Both the position numbers and the translations under genes were made by a program. Source: Acidimicrobiales bacterium (GTDB taxonomy: Bacteria; Actinomycetota; Acidimicrobiia; Acidimicrobiales; CADCSY01). Taken from it: 61,467 nucleotides of DNA. The notes beneath the pieces are model-generated. The model had not been told where the DNA came from and did no database searches. It saw only the letters and a program-made list of their open reading frames with translations. Where the stretch lies: contig DATMJI010000035.1 of NCBI GenBank assembly GCA_035553895.1, positions 1 through 61,467 on the forward strand, in the 5' to 3' direction. Positions 42,359 through 51,626 of the stretch are shown in pieces (position 1 is the first letter of the stretch; each line of letters begins with the position of its first letter).

Positions 42359-43391
42359 CGGTGACGGCGGGGGACCACCGCAGGGACTCGTCGAGCAGGC
42401 CCCGCCTCTTCAGGTCCTGGATGTGGCGGATGCGCTGGAACCGGCTCCCGGTCAGCTGGTCGAGGGTGAGGTGGTAGCGCAGGTAGTCGCCGTAGAGCTG
42501 GGCGACCCCGTCGGAAACCGACCAGCGGGGCCGGAAGCCGGGAACGACCGTGGCGATCTTGTTGCAGCTCACCCGGTAGTTGCGCACGTCGGGCCCGGCC
42601 CCGTCGGCCAGGACGATGGTGCATCCGGGGACGATGTCGCTGACGATGGCCGCCACCTCGCGGATCCGGTAGTTCTCGGCGGTCTCGCCCACGTTGAAGG
42701 CCTCCCCGTGCACGCGCTCTCGTGGCGCCTCCAGCACGGCCAGGACGGCCCGGGAGATGTCCTCGACGTGGACCAGGGGCCGCCACGGAGAGCCGTCGCT
42801 CTTGAGCAGCACCTGGCCCGTGGTGAAGGCGTAGCCGGTGAGATTGTTCACCACCAGGTCCCCCCGCAGGCGGGCCGAGCTGCCGTAGGCGGTGCCGTTG
42901 CGCAAGAAGGTGGGGCTGAAGGAGTCGTCGGCCAGCTCGGCGATGTCCTGTTCGGCCAGGACCTTCGACCGCCCGTACGGCGTCACCGGGTGGAACTCGG
43001 CCCGCTCGTCGATGAGGGTGTCGCCGTGGGCCCCGTAGAGGCTGCAGGACGAGGAGAACACGAACCGGGACACGCCGGCGTCCTTGGCCGCACGGGCCAC
43101 GCGAACGGCTCCCCGGTGGTTGACGTCGTAGGTCGTCTGCGGGCGGAGGTTCCCCAGTGGGTCGTTGGAGATGCCGGCCAGGTGGACCACGGCGTCGAGT
43201 CCGCTCAGGTGCGCGGGCCGGACCTGGCGGATGTCGAGGCGCTGGGACGGGATGTCGTCGATCCCGGGGCCCAAGGTGCACTCGGCGAAGAGGTAGGTGT
43301 CGAGCCCCGCCACCTGGTGGCCGGCCTCCACCAGCAGGGGGACGAGCGAGCAGCCGATGTAGCCGTTGTGGCCGGTGACGAGGATGCGCAT
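42345..43391 (-). CDS. NAD-dependent sugar epimerase/dehydratase (extended SDR)
   Basis: Carries [17 protein letters not shown] (GxxGxxG), SSSCSLYG and YGRSK (YxxxK). Confidence 0.85.
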   Translation of the reverse strand: MRILVTGHNGYIGCSLVPLLVEAGHQVAGLDTYLFAECTLGPGIDDIPSQRLDIRQVRPAHLSGLDAVVHLAGISNDPLGNLRPQTTYDVNHRGAVRVARAAKDAGVSRFVFSSSCSLYGAHGDTLIDERAEFHPVTPYGRSKVLAEQDIAELADDSFSPTFLRNGTAYGSSARLRGDLVVNNLTGYAFTTGQVLLKSDGSPWRPLVHVEDISRAVLAVLEAPRERVHGEAFNVGETAENYRIREVAAIVSDIVPGCTIVLADGAGPDVRNYRVSCNKIATVVPGFRPRWSVSDGVAQLYGDYLRYHLTLDQLTGSRFQRIRHIQDLKRRGLLDESLRWSPAVTGADA

Positions 43392-43393
43392 GG

Positions 43394-44164
43394 TCAGGTC
43401 CAGACCTTCCAGGGTGCGTTGCCGCTCTGCCAGAGATCCTCCAGGAGCTTGCGGTCGCGGAGGGTGTCCATGCACTGCCAGAACGAGTGGTGACGGTAGG
43501 CCATGAGTTGGCCGTCCTTGGCCAGGTGCTCGAGAGGGGAGCGCTCCCACTGGGTGCCGTCGCCCTCGATGTAGTCCAGGACCTCCGGTTCGAGGACGAA
43601 GAAGGCCCCGTTGATCCAGCCCTCGCCGACCTGGGGCTTCTCCGAGAACTCGGTGATCCGGTCGCCGTCGAGCTCGAGGTGGCCGAAGCGCGCCGGCGGG
43701 CGCACGACGGTCATAGTGGCCAGGCGACCGTGGGTGCGATGGAACGCCACCAGGGCGTGCAGGTCGACATCGGCCACGCCGTCCCCCCACGTGAGCATGA
43801 AGGTGGTGCCGCCGAGGCGGTCGCCCAGGCGCTTGATGCGCCCCCCGGTGGCTGTCTCCTGGCCGGTGTCCACCAGGTCGACGGTCCAATTGTCGACCGA
43901 CCGGCGGTGCAACGCCACGGAGCCGTCCCGTGAGCTCACGGTGAGATCGCTGGCCAGGGAGGCGTAGTCGACCATCCAGCGCTTGATGTACTCGCCCTTG
44001 TAGCCGAGGGCGATGACGAAGTCTTCGAACCCGGCCGCGGCGTAGTACTTCATGATGTGCCAGAGGATGGGCTGGTTGCCGACCTCCACCATCGGCTTGG
44101 GCTTGGTGACCGTCTCCTCGGCCAGCCGGCTGCCCACCCCGCCGGCGAGGATGGCCACCTTCAT
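43394..44164 (-). CDS. rfbF: Glucose-1-phosphate cytidylyltransferase
   Basis: [57 protein letters not shown]...[18 protein letters not shown] is an RfbF signature. Confidence 0.9.
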   Translation of the reverse strand: MKVAILAGGVGSRLAEETVTKPKPMVEVGNQPILWHIMKYYAAAGFEDFVIALGYKGEYIKRWMVDYASLASDLTVSSRDGSVALHRRSVDNWTVDLVDTGQETATGGRIKRLGDRLGGTTFMLTWGDGVADVDLHALVAFHRTHGRLATMTVVRPPARFGHLELDGDRITEFSEKPQVGEGWINGAFFVLEPEVLDYIEGDGTQWERSPLEHLAKDGQLMAYRHHSFWQCMDTLRDRKLLEDLWQSGNAPWKVWT

Positions 44165-44268
44165 GGCGTCAGGTCCTCGACATCGAACCGGGAACGGCCG
44201 TGAGTGTCGTGCCCGCGCCCGCGTGCCTCGGGCTTCCGTAGGCCACGGCGTTCACGGTGACGCACCAG

Positions 44269-44308
44269 GCTGAGTCGGTGCTGAAGCCGAGCTGAAGGGT
44301 TGCTGAAG
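44269..44308 (+). promoter_or_regulatory. Four direct heptamer repeats, GCTGA(A/G)(G/T), at exact 11-bp phasing (candidate OmpR/PhoB-type binding array)
   Basis: GCTGAGT at 44269, and GCTGAAG at 44280, 44291 and 44302. The array lies in the divergent rfbF / response-regulator intergenic region. Confidence 0.45.
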
Positions 44309-44465
44309 CTGAGGACCCGAGGGTCGGGCGGGCGCTACGGTGCTCACTCGCTGAACAGGGGGCGACCGCACCGGCGCCACGAGCAGGAACGGTCGCCGAA
44401 CCGAGACAGGAGGCATCGTCGTTGCCAGGCCGTGGGGACTACCGATGCACGGCGGCGACAGGGCG

Positions 44466-45131
44466 ATGATGCGGGCACTGGTCTTCGAGGACGAGCCCGA
44501 GGTCCGGGAACTCGTGGCCGAGGCCCTCGGTCACGAGGGGTTCGATGTGCGGGCCGAGCCGGGGGGCAGCGATGCCGAGCAGGTGGTTGCCACCTTCCGG
44601 CCCGACATCGTCTTGCTCGACATCGGGCTGGGGGAGGGGCCCAACGGATTCGAAGTCGCCCGCCGCCTGCGCAGCGCCAGCGACGTGCCCATGGTCTTCG
44701 TCAGCGGCGCCCACGGCATCCGCGAGCGCCTGGCCGGCTTCGCTGCCGGCGGGGACGACTACCTCACCAAGCCCTTCGCCGTCGAGGAGCTGCTCGCCCG
44801 GGTTCGGGCCATCATGCAGCGCAGCGGGCGCGCCCCCCGCCGGGTGTGGAGGGTGGGCGACATGGTGGTCGACGAGGATGCCCACACCGTGGCCGTGGGC
44901 GATTCCCTGGTCGACCTCACGTCGATCGAGTTCGCCCTGCTCGTCACCCTCTGTCGCAACCCGGGCCGGGTTATGGCCAAGATCCAGCTGCTCAACGAGG
45001 TGTGGGGCTTCGACCAGTACTCCCTCAACCTGGTCGAGGTGCACGTGAGTGCCCTGCGGCGCAAGCTCGAAGCTCACGGTCCCCGGATGATCCACACCAT
45101 CCGCAACGTCGGCTACGTCCTGCGTCCCTGA
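44466..45131 (+). CDS. OmpR/PhoB-family response regulator
   Basis: The receiver domain reads MRALVFEDEPEVRELV...DIVLLDIGL...DDYLTKPF. The winged-helix domain reads LTSIEFALLVTLCRNPGRVMAKIQLLNEVWG...VEVHVSALRRKLE...IHTIRNVGYVL. Confidence 0.9.
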   Translation: MMRALVFEDEPEVRELVAEALGHEGFDVRAEPGGSDAEQVVATFRPDIVLLDIGLGEGPNGFEVARRLRSASDVPMVFVSGAHGIRERLAGFAAGGDDYLTKPFAVEELLARVRAIMQRSGRAPRRVWRVGDMVVDEDAHTVAVGDSLVDLTSIEFALLVTLCRNPGRVMAKIQLLNEVWGFDQYSLNLVEVHVSALRRKLEAHGPRMIHTIRNVGYVLRP

Positions 45132-45142
45132 GCGGCTTCAGC

Positions 45143-46474
45143 TCAATCGTCAACCGCCGGCAGGGTGCAGGACACCCGCAGACCGCCGTCGATGCCGTCG
45201 TCGACCCAGATGCGCCCGCCGTGGCGCTCCACCACCCGCTTGCAGATGGCCAGGCCCATGCCCGAGCCCGGCGGACCGGCCGAGCGATGCAGCCGGTGGA
45301 ACATGTGGAAGACGTCAGCCCGGTCCTGGGGGGCCACGCCGATGCCGTCATCGGCCACGGAGTAGACGTTCTGGTCTCCGACGCGGACCATGGAGACCTC
45401 GATGTGGACCCGTCAACCGGGCCGCCGGACCTTCAAGGCGTTGGCGATCAGGTTCTGGAAGAGCTGCACCAGCTGGGTCCGTTCCCCGGCCACCTTGCCC
45501 ATCGACGGCAGGCTCAGGCTGGCCCGGGCATCGAAGATGTCCGGCGCCAGGTGCTCGAGCACCTCGCCGATCACGTCGTTGCAGTCGACGATCTGGCGTG
45601 CCTGGTCGTCGCTCCCGGCCCGGCAGAAGGCGAGGATGTCGTCGATCATGCGCCCCATCGTTCCCACCTTGGCCAGTACCGCAGCCAGGTGGCGTTGCGA
45701 CTCGTGGCTCAGCTCCGACCCGCTGCGCCGGGCCAGGAGCTCGGCACTTCCGGCCAGGGCGGCCAGAGGTGCCCGTAGGTCGTGGGCGGCGATGTAGGCG
45801 AACTCGGAGAGCTCGCGGTTGGAGCCCTCGAGCTGCTCGGCCCGCAGCTCGGCCTCGGCCAGGGCGACCCACTGGGGATCACCCCGGGCATCGACCACCT
45901 TCGCCGGGCCGTCCGGGTCGTCGGTGGCCGGGTCGGCGCCGGCAGCGGTGGCGGGAGTGGCCTGACCGGCCAGCTCGAGCACCTGGCGGACGAACAGCGC
46001 CGAGAGGCCGGTGGCGTCGGAGCCGGAGGGGGCAAGATCGAGGCGCGAGCCCCGGACCAGCACCGTTGCCCCCTCGCCGGAGGGCCCGGGCCAGCGCTGT
46101 TCCAGCTCGTAGTGGGGGCGGGCCGGGCCGAGTCCCTTCATGGCCAGGTGCTCGAGGCGCAGCTCGTCCGGGTCCAGCCACTCGCCCAGGTGGTGCCCGG
46201 CCGAAGAGGTGGTGGCGCCGAGCAGCCGCTCGGTGGCACCGTCGCCCCACAGCACTCGCTGATCGGCGTCGACGATGGATATCGCTCCGTCCCAGGGCTC
46301 CCGGAAGACCGGGCGCCGGGGCTTCGAGCACGCCACCGGCTGGCGCCGGTATCCGCTTCTGGCTCCTCCCATGGCCAATCCCTCCCGCCTCTCCGGCTCC
46401 GTGTTCGGTTCGGTCTGCGAACCTGGATGAGACGTGCTGGCCCGCTCCTCACAGCACTGTGACTGATCTTCCAA
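45143..46474 (-). pseudogene. PAS sensor histidine kinase interrupted by an in-frame TGA (45413..45415)
   Basis: The H-box FAYIAAHDLRAPL and N-box LFQNLIANALKVRRPG lie upstream of the TGA. The G1 VADDGIGV and G2 GSGMGLAICKRVVERHGG boxes follow in the same frame. The junction reads KVRRPG*RVHIEVSMVRVGDQ. Confidence 0.6.
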
Positions 46475-46645
46475 CTCTTTCTACCAGAACCTCGGGCAAG
46501 TCCGTACGTATTAGACCACCCGCGTCCTAGGTCCCAAGTTCGCCAGTTTACGATCCTGTGTCGAACGCATGGCGCCGTCGACCTGTCCACCGCGACCGTG
46601 CCCGCCTTTGGCCTGGCCCGAGCCGTGTCACTAGTCTGAGCGAGA
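46475..46645. promoter_or_regulatory. Lower-GC divergent region upstream of nuoA (likely nuo promoter and leader)
   Basis: About 46480..46560 is visibly AT-richer than the surroundings (ccaactctttctaccagaacc...gtacgtattagacc...agtttacgatcc). I could not place -35/-10 boxes with any confidence. Confidence 0.3.
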
Positions 46646-47011
46646 GTGTCCGAGTTCCTCCGTGCGTACCTGACCGTGGCCGTCTTCGCGGGAGCGGCGG
46701 GCTTGCTCGTGGCGTTGCTCTCCGGCGTCGGGTGGGTCCTGCGCCCTTCTCGGCCCAGTCCCCAGAAGGCCATCGCCTACGAGAGCGGCGTCGATCCGGT
46801 GGGCCCCGGGTTCGGCCAGAGCCAGATCCGCTACTACATCTTCGCCCTCCTCTTCGTGCTCTTCGACGTCGAGGCGGTCTACATCTTTCCGTGGGCTCTG
46901 CGCCTGGAAGAGTACGGGGTCTTCGGCCTGGTGGAGATGGGCGTGTTCATCGTCATCCTCGCCCTCGGGCTGGTCTACGCCTGGCGCAAGGGGGTGCTGC
47001 GGTGGGTCTAG
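46646..47011 (+). CDS. nuoA: NADH-quinone oxidoreductase subunit A
   Basis: Carries [40 protein letters not shown]. The start is GTG. Confidence 0.9.
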   Translation: MSEFLRAYLTVAVFAGAAGLLVALLSGVGWVLRPSRPSPQKAIAYESGVDPVGPGFGQSQIRYYIFALLFVLFDVEAVYIFPWALRLEEYGVFGLVEMGVFIVILALGLVYAWRKGVLRWV

Positions 47012-47502
47012 TGGAGCGAGGGCGTTTACCCAAGCCGCTCACCCAGCTCCTCAACCTGAGCCGCAGCTACTCGCTGTGGGTCTACCAGTGGGGCCTGGCC
47101 TGCTGCGCCATCGAGATGGGGGCGTGCTTCGGATCTCCGCGCTACGACGTCATGCGCCTCGGGGTCATCCCCTTCCCGGCCAGTCCCCGCCAGGCCGACC
47201 TGGTGGTCATCTCCGGCACCGTGACCGACAAGATGGCGCCGGCCATCCGCCGGCTCTACGAGCAGATGCCCGACCCCAAGTACGTGATCTCCATGGGCAG
47301 CTGTGCCAACTGCGGCGGCCCCTACTGGGATTCCTACTCGGTGACCAAGGGGGTGGACCAGATCGTGCCGGTGGATGTCTACGTGCCGGGCTGCCCCCCC
47401 CGCCCCGAAGCGCTGCTCGAAGGCATCCTGTTGCTCCAGGAACGGATCCGGAACGAGGACATGGCCGAGCGGTGGCGAGGTGATCCCATTGTCGTCGCCT
47501 GA
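47011..47502 (+). CDS. nuoB: NADH-quinone oxidoreductase subunit B
   Basis: Carries [16 protein letters not shown]...[39 protein letters not shown]...[17 protein letters not shown] (cluster N2 cysteines). The GTG overlaps the nuoA TAG. Confidence 0.95.
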   Translation: MERGRLPKPLTQLLNLSRSYSLWVYQWGLACCAIEMGACFGSPRYDVMRLGVIPFPASPRQADLVVISGTVTDKMAPAIRRLYEQMPDPKYVISMGSCANCGGPYWDSYSVTKGVDQIVPVDVYVPGCPPRPEALLEGILLLQERIRNEDMAERWRGDPIVVA

Positions 47503-48682
47503 CGCCGGGGGCGGCGGGGCCGAGGACGATCGCCACCCGCCGGCGGAGGCCGTCACCGATCCCGATCTGGCGGCAGAGGTCGACAACCCCGCCGACGCCA
47601 ACCCGCCGACGGGTGAGCAGGCGGGACCGGCCAGCCCGGCGGCGGCCGACCAGGGGCCCATCGCCGCTCCCGGTGCCCCGGGGGAGCTGACCAGCGAGGT
47701 CACCCCGTCCCAGGGCGAGGAGCGGGGCGAGGCGACACCCGCCGGCGACGTGGGAGAGGTCCCCGGGGGCGATGCCGGTGCTCCCGAGTCCGGTGCCGGG
47801 CCGGCGGCGGCGCCCCCGGCGCCCGGGGGGGGACCGCCGGCGCCCAGCAGCGGCGGGTCCGGGCCCAGCGCCCTGGATCCCGAGCAGGAGGGCGCAGGGG
47901 GAGCGAGCCCGGCGGCCGTTGCCGTGCAGCGGGCCGCCGAGGACAAGGCGGCCCAGGCCGCGGCCGCCCGGGAGGCGGCGGCGGCGGCCGCTCCGGCGCC
48001 CAGCGTCGAGCCCGACGCCGAACCGGCCGCCCTCGACGAGGCCCGCCAGGAGCTGCTGGCCCGCCTGGGCACCGTCCTCGGGGCCGGGTTGGTCGAGTCC
48101 CACGTGGTGGCGGGCGTCGACGTCTGGGCCCGGGTGTCGGTCGAGGCTTGGCGCCTGGCGGCCGAGGCATGCCGTGACCAGCTCGGCCTCAGCTACTTCG
48201 ACTACCTCTCGGCCATCGATTGGCTCCCCTCCCCCTACGGCCGCAGCGAGGACCCTCCGCCGGCCGACGACCCCGAGGGGGGCGAGGCGGCCACGGGCGA
48301 CGCCGGCGGCGGTTCCGAGGCTCCGGCGGTGCTCGAGCACGGCTACGCCGGCGGCGAGACCCGCCTGCAGCTCCTGGCCCGGCTGGTGTCCCCGACCACC
48401 CATCTGGGAATGACCCTCAAGGCCGACATCGACGACGAGGCCCCGGTCGCCCCGTCGTGGGTCGAGGTCTACCCCGGTGCCGACTGGCACGAGCGCGAGG
48501 TCTGGGAGATGTACGGGATCGACTTCCGCGGTCATCCCAACCTGGTGCACCTGTACCTGCCGGGTGACTTCGAGGGCCACCCGCTGCGCAAGGACTTCCC
48601 GCTCCTGGCTCGCGAGGTCAAGCCGTGGCCCGGCCTGGTCGACGTGGAGGCCATGCCCGGCGAGGGGGACGGGGAGGGCTGA
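47480..48682 (+). CDS. nuoC: NADH-quinone oxidoreductase subunit C with an N-terminal low-complexity extension of about 180 aa
   Basis: The C-terminal part, [12 protein letters not shown]...[45 protein letters not shown], is canonical NuoC. The preceding about 180 aa are rich in Pro, Ala, Gly, Glu and Asp. The GTG at 47480 is the proposed start. Confidence 0.85.
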   Translation: MIPLSSPDAGGGGAEDDRHPPAEAVTDPDLAAEVDNPADANPPTGEQAGPASPAAADQGPIAAPGAPGELTSEVTPSQGEERGEATPAGDVGEVPGGDAGAPESGAGPAAAPPAPGGGPPAPSSGGSGPSALDPEQEGAGGASPAAVAVQRAAEDKAAQAAAAREAAAAAAPAPSVEPDAEPAALDEARQELLARLGTVLGAGLVESHVVAGVDVWARVSVEAWRLAAEACRDQLGLSYFDYLSAIDWLPSPYGRSEDPPPADDPEGGEAATGDAGGGSEAPAVLEHGYAGGETRLQLLARLVSPTTHLGMTLKADIDDEAPVAPSWVEVYPGADWHEREVWEMYGIDFRGHPNLVHLYLPGDFEGHPLRKDFPLLAREVKPWPGLVDVEAMPGEGDGEG

Positions 48683-49851
48683 TGCCGGTCACCGAGCACC
48701 AGCAGCGGGCCTACATCGGGGGTCAGGCCGCCGACGCCCGGGTCAACGTCGAGCTCGAATCCGACGGCATGACCCTCAACATCGGCCCCCAGCACCCGGC
48801 CACCCACGGCACCCTGCGCATCATCACCCGCCTCGACGGGGAGCAGGTGATCTCGGCCGAACCGATGATGGGCTACATGCACCGGGGCTACGAGAAGCTG
48901 GCCGAGGTCCGTACCTACCCCCAGGTCACCACCCTGATCAACCGCATCGACTGGCTGGGCAGCTTCGCCAACGAGGTGCCCTTCATCCTGGCTGCCGAGC
49001 GGCTCATGGAGATCGAGGCCCCACCCCGGGCCCAGTGGATCCGCACCATCCTCTTCGAGCTCTCCCGCATCGCCAACATCACCCTGTTCCTCGGCGACAT
49101 GGGCGTGCAACTGGGGGCCATCACCGCCGTGTTCTACGCCTTCCGGGACCGTGAGCACGTGCTCAACCAGATCGAGGCGGCCACCGGGGGGCGCTTCCAC
49201 CCCAACTTCGACCGCATCGGCGGCCTGAAGGAGGATCTGCCCAAGGGCTGGGTGGCCGAGACCAAGGCGACCATGGCCAAGGTGCGGGAGTTCTGCGACG
49301 AGATGGAAACCCTGCTCATGGGCAACGAGATCTTCGAGACCCGCACGCGGGGCATCGGGGTGATCCCCGCCGACGTCGCCCTCGGCTACGGCCTCTCGGG
49401 GGCCAACCTGCGGGCCGCGGGAGTGGACTGGGATTTGCGCCGGGACGCACCCGGGCCGCTGGCGTGGTCCGAGGTGGACTGGAAGGTCTGGACCCACCCC
49501 GACGGCGACAGCTACGCCCGCTACTGGGTCCGGCTCCAAGAGACCAGGGAGGCGGCGGACATCGTCGACCAGCTCTGCGACGGGCTGCCCAGCGGCCCGA
49601 TCATGGCCAAGGTGCCCCGCATCATCAAGGTGCCGGCCGGCGAGGCCTGGGTGGCCACCGAGAACCCGCTCGGCGAGATGGGCTACTACGTGGTCAGCAA
49701 GGGCGACCTGGGGCCGTTCCGGGTCAAGATCCGCACCCCGTCCTTCTCCAACATCTCCGTGGTCCCCTGGGTCCTCAAAGGCGTCTACGTCCCCGACGTC
49801 ATCACCATCCTCGCCTCCCTCTACTTCATCCTCGGAGACATCGACCGATGA
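48682..49851 (+). CDS. nuoD: NADH-quinone oxidoreductase subunit D
   Basis: Carries MTLNIGPQHPATHGTLRIITRLDGE...GYMHRGYEKL...RVKIRTPSFSNI...LASLYFILGDIDR. The ATG overlaps the nuoC TGA. Confidence 0.95.
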   Translation: MPVTEHQQRAYIGGQAADARVNVELESDGMTLNIGPQHPATHGTLRIITRLDGEQVISAEPMMGYMHRGYEKLAEVRTYPQVTTLINRIDWLGSFANEVPFILAAERLMEIEAPPRAQWIRTILFELSRIANITLFLGDMGVQLGAITAVFYAFRDREHVLNQIEAATGGRFHPNFDRIGGLKEDLPKGWVAETKATMAKVREFCDEMETLLMGNEIFETRTRGIGVIPADVALGYGLSGANLRAAGVDWDLRRDAPGPLAWSEVDWKVWTHPDGDSYARYWVRLQETREAADIVDQLCDGLPSGPIMAKVPRIIKVPAGEAWVATENPLGEMGYYVVSKGDLGPFRVKIRTPSFSNISVVPWVLKGVYVPDVITILASLYFILGDIDR

Positions 49852-50077
49852 GGAGAGAACCTGCGCCGAAGGCGCACCTTCAGCCCTCTCTCCCCTCCTT
49901 CACAACTTGGGGTGAGCTGCTGCCGGTGGGGGTAGCCAGGGGGGTGCCGAGCGGGTGGCGGCGCGTAGCCGCACGGGTGGCACCGAGGGGAGGGGCCCAC
50001 CCGCCCGCAGCGCAGCGAGGACGGGTGGGAGGGAACCTCCTCGGTGACAGGACCCGTGCGGCGGGAGAGGTCGCGCC
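49852..50077. repeat. 226-bp non-coding spacer of nested palindromes between nuoD and nuoH, at the position occupied by nuoEFG in 14-gene operons
   Basis: Contains ctgcgcc-gaa-ggcgcac, cccacccg...cgggtggg, and ctctctcccctccttcacaacttggggtg, which resembles the reverse complement of the 58847 element flank. Codon usage across it is poor. Confidence 0.6.
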
Positions 50078-51112
50078 GTGCTGACCCTCGCTCTCGAGCT
50101 GGCTTACTGGCAACAGCTCACCATCAAGGTCCTCGCCATCCTGATCATCGTCCCCACGGCGACCGTCGTCATCGTGCAGACCTTCTTGTTCAAGACCATG
50201 GCCCACATGCAGAGCCGCCTCGGGCCCATGGAGGCCGGCCCCCACGGCCTGCTCCAGCTGGTGGCCGACGGGGCCAAGTTCGTCCAAAAGGAGCTGCTGG
50301 CGCCGGCTCAAGCCGACCGCCGGGTCTTCGCCCTGGCCCCGGTGGTGGTCTTGCTGTCGACCTTCCTGCTCTTCGTGGTCATCCCCGCCGGGCCCAGCGC
50401 CGTGGCCGAGGATCTCGACATCGGCATCTTCTTCGCCCTGGCCGTCTCTTCGATCTCCGTCCTCGGCATCCTCATGGCCGGCTGGTCGTCGGCCAACAAG
50501 TACGCCCTCATGGGCGGCCTGCGGGCCGCCGGCCAGCTCATCGCCTACGAGCTGCCGCTGGTGCTGGCCGTGGTGGGGGTGGTCATCCAGGCCGGGACGC
50601 TCAGCCTGCAGGGCATCGTGGCCGCCCAGGCCGAGGGCGAGATCTTCGGCGTGGGTCTGATCGGGCTGCCCTTCATCTTCACCCAGTTCGTGGGCTTCGC
50701 CCTCTTCCTGGTGGCGACCCAGGCCGAGCTCACCCAGCCGCCCTTCGACATGCCGATCGCCGAGTCCGAGCTGGTGGCCGGCTACCAGGTGGAGTACAGC
50801 GGCCTGCGGTTCCTGTTCTTCTACCTGGGCGAGTTCGGCGCCGCCTTCGCCTTCTCGGCCCTGGCCGCCACCATGTTCCTCGGGGGTTGGTATGTTCCGG
50901 GCCTGGACCTGGACGGGGGGCTGGTGTCCAACCTGGTGGGCCCAGGCGTGCTCTTCGCCAAGACCATGGTGGTGGCCTTCCTGATCTTTTGGATCCGCTT
51001 CACCTACCCTCGCCTGCGTGAGGACCAGCTGCAGACCTTCGCGTGGAAGTACCTGATCCCCCTGTCGCTGGCGAACATCCTGCTCACCGGCGTCTTCAAG
51101 GTCGCCTTCTAA
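50078..51112 (+). CDS. nuoH: NADH-quinone oxidoreductase subunit H
   Basis: Carries MAHMQSRLGPMEAGPHGLLQLVADGAKFVQKE...AELTQPPFDMPIAESELVAGYQVEYSG...YPRLREDQL. The start is GTG. Confidence 0.95.
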   Translation: MLTLALELAYWQQLTIKVLAILIIVPTATVVIVQTFLFKTMAHMQSRLGPMEAGPHGLLQLVADGAKFVQKELLAPAQADRRVFALAPVVVLLSTFLLFVVIPAGPSAVAEDLDIGIFFALAVSSISVLGILMAGWSSANKYALMGGLRAAGQLIAYELPLVLAVVGVVIQAGTLSLQGIVAAQAEGEIFGVGLIGLPFIFTQFVGFALFLVATQAELTQPPFDMPIAESELVAGYQVEYSGLRFLFFYLGEFGAAFAFSALAATMFLGGWYVPGLDLDGGLVSNLVGPGVLFAKTMVVAFLIFWIRFTYPRLREDQLQTFAWKYLIPLSLANILLTGVFKVAF

Positions 51113-51142
51113 TGTGCCGCCCATGAGAGGAGGTCTTGTCCC

Positions 51143-51619
51143 GTGCCAGCGCTACCCGGTCTGATCAAGGGCCTGGGCGTCACCCTGGGCACCATGCTGC
51201 GCCCGGCGGTCACCACCCAGTACCCCCACGTCAAGGAGGCCCCGCCGGCCCGCGCTCGGGGGGTCATCGCCCTCAAGGAGGAGAACTGCACCGTCTGCAT
51301 GCTCTGCGCCCGGCAGTGCCCGGACTGGTGCATCTACATCGAGGGCTACAAGACCAAAGCGCCGCCCCGGCGCGAGGGGGGTCGGCCCCGGACGGTGCAG
51401 CTCCTCGACCGTTTCGACATCGACTACTCGCTGTGCATGTACTGCGGGATCTGCGTGGAGGTCTGTCCCTTCGACGCCCTGTTCTGGAGCCCCGACTACG
51501 AGTACTCCGAGCCTCGCATCGCCGACCTGCTCCACGACAAGGACCGCTTGGGTGAGTGGATGGAAGGCGTGCCCGAGCCCCTCCCCCTCGAAGCCGGCGC
51601 CGTCGCCGGGAAGAAGTAG
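51143..51619 (+). CDS. nuoI: NADH-quinone oxidoreductase subunit I (2x[4Fe-4S])
   Basis: Has the cluster motifs [12 protein letters not shown] and [12 protein letters not shown]. Confidence 0.95.
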   Translation: MPALPGLIKGLGVTLGTMLRPAVTTQYPHVKEAPPARARGVIALKEENCTVCMLCARQCPDWCIYIEGYKTKAPPRREGGRPRTVQLLDRFDIDYSLCMYCGICVEVCPFDALFWSPDYEYSEPRIADLLHDKDRLGEWMEGVPEPLPLEAGAVAGKK

Positions 51620-51626
51620 CCCTGCG

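Noticed and set aside
45413-45415. The in-frame TGA in the histidine kinase as a selenocysteine codon.
   Set aside because: The site is in a linker between the N-box and G1-box, where no redox-active residue is expected. I see no convincing SECIS-like hairpin immediately downstream, and no sel genes are in the window. A nonsense mutation or sequencing error is more likely.
46449-46462. The near-palindrome TCACAGCACTGTGA close to the annotated 5' end of the histidine kinase ORF, as a possible operator for the nuo/kinase divergent region.
   Set aside because: It is short (6+6 bp) and imperfect in the centre. It lies inside an ORF whose true start is uncertain, and it has no second copy. The support is insufficient.
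49848-50084. A 78-codon ORF that exactly fills the nuoD-nuoH gap, with an ATGA overlap at the nuoD stop and a 7-nt overlap with the nuoH start. This makes it tempting as a novel small subunit replacing NuoEFG.
   Set aside because: About a quarter of its codons end in A or T, which looks clearly higher than in the neighbouring genes. It uses rare codons (AGG, AGA, GTA, GGA, CGA, ACT). The sequence is made of nested palindromes and I recognise no motif. I treat it as non-coding, but ribosome profiling or MS could revisit this.
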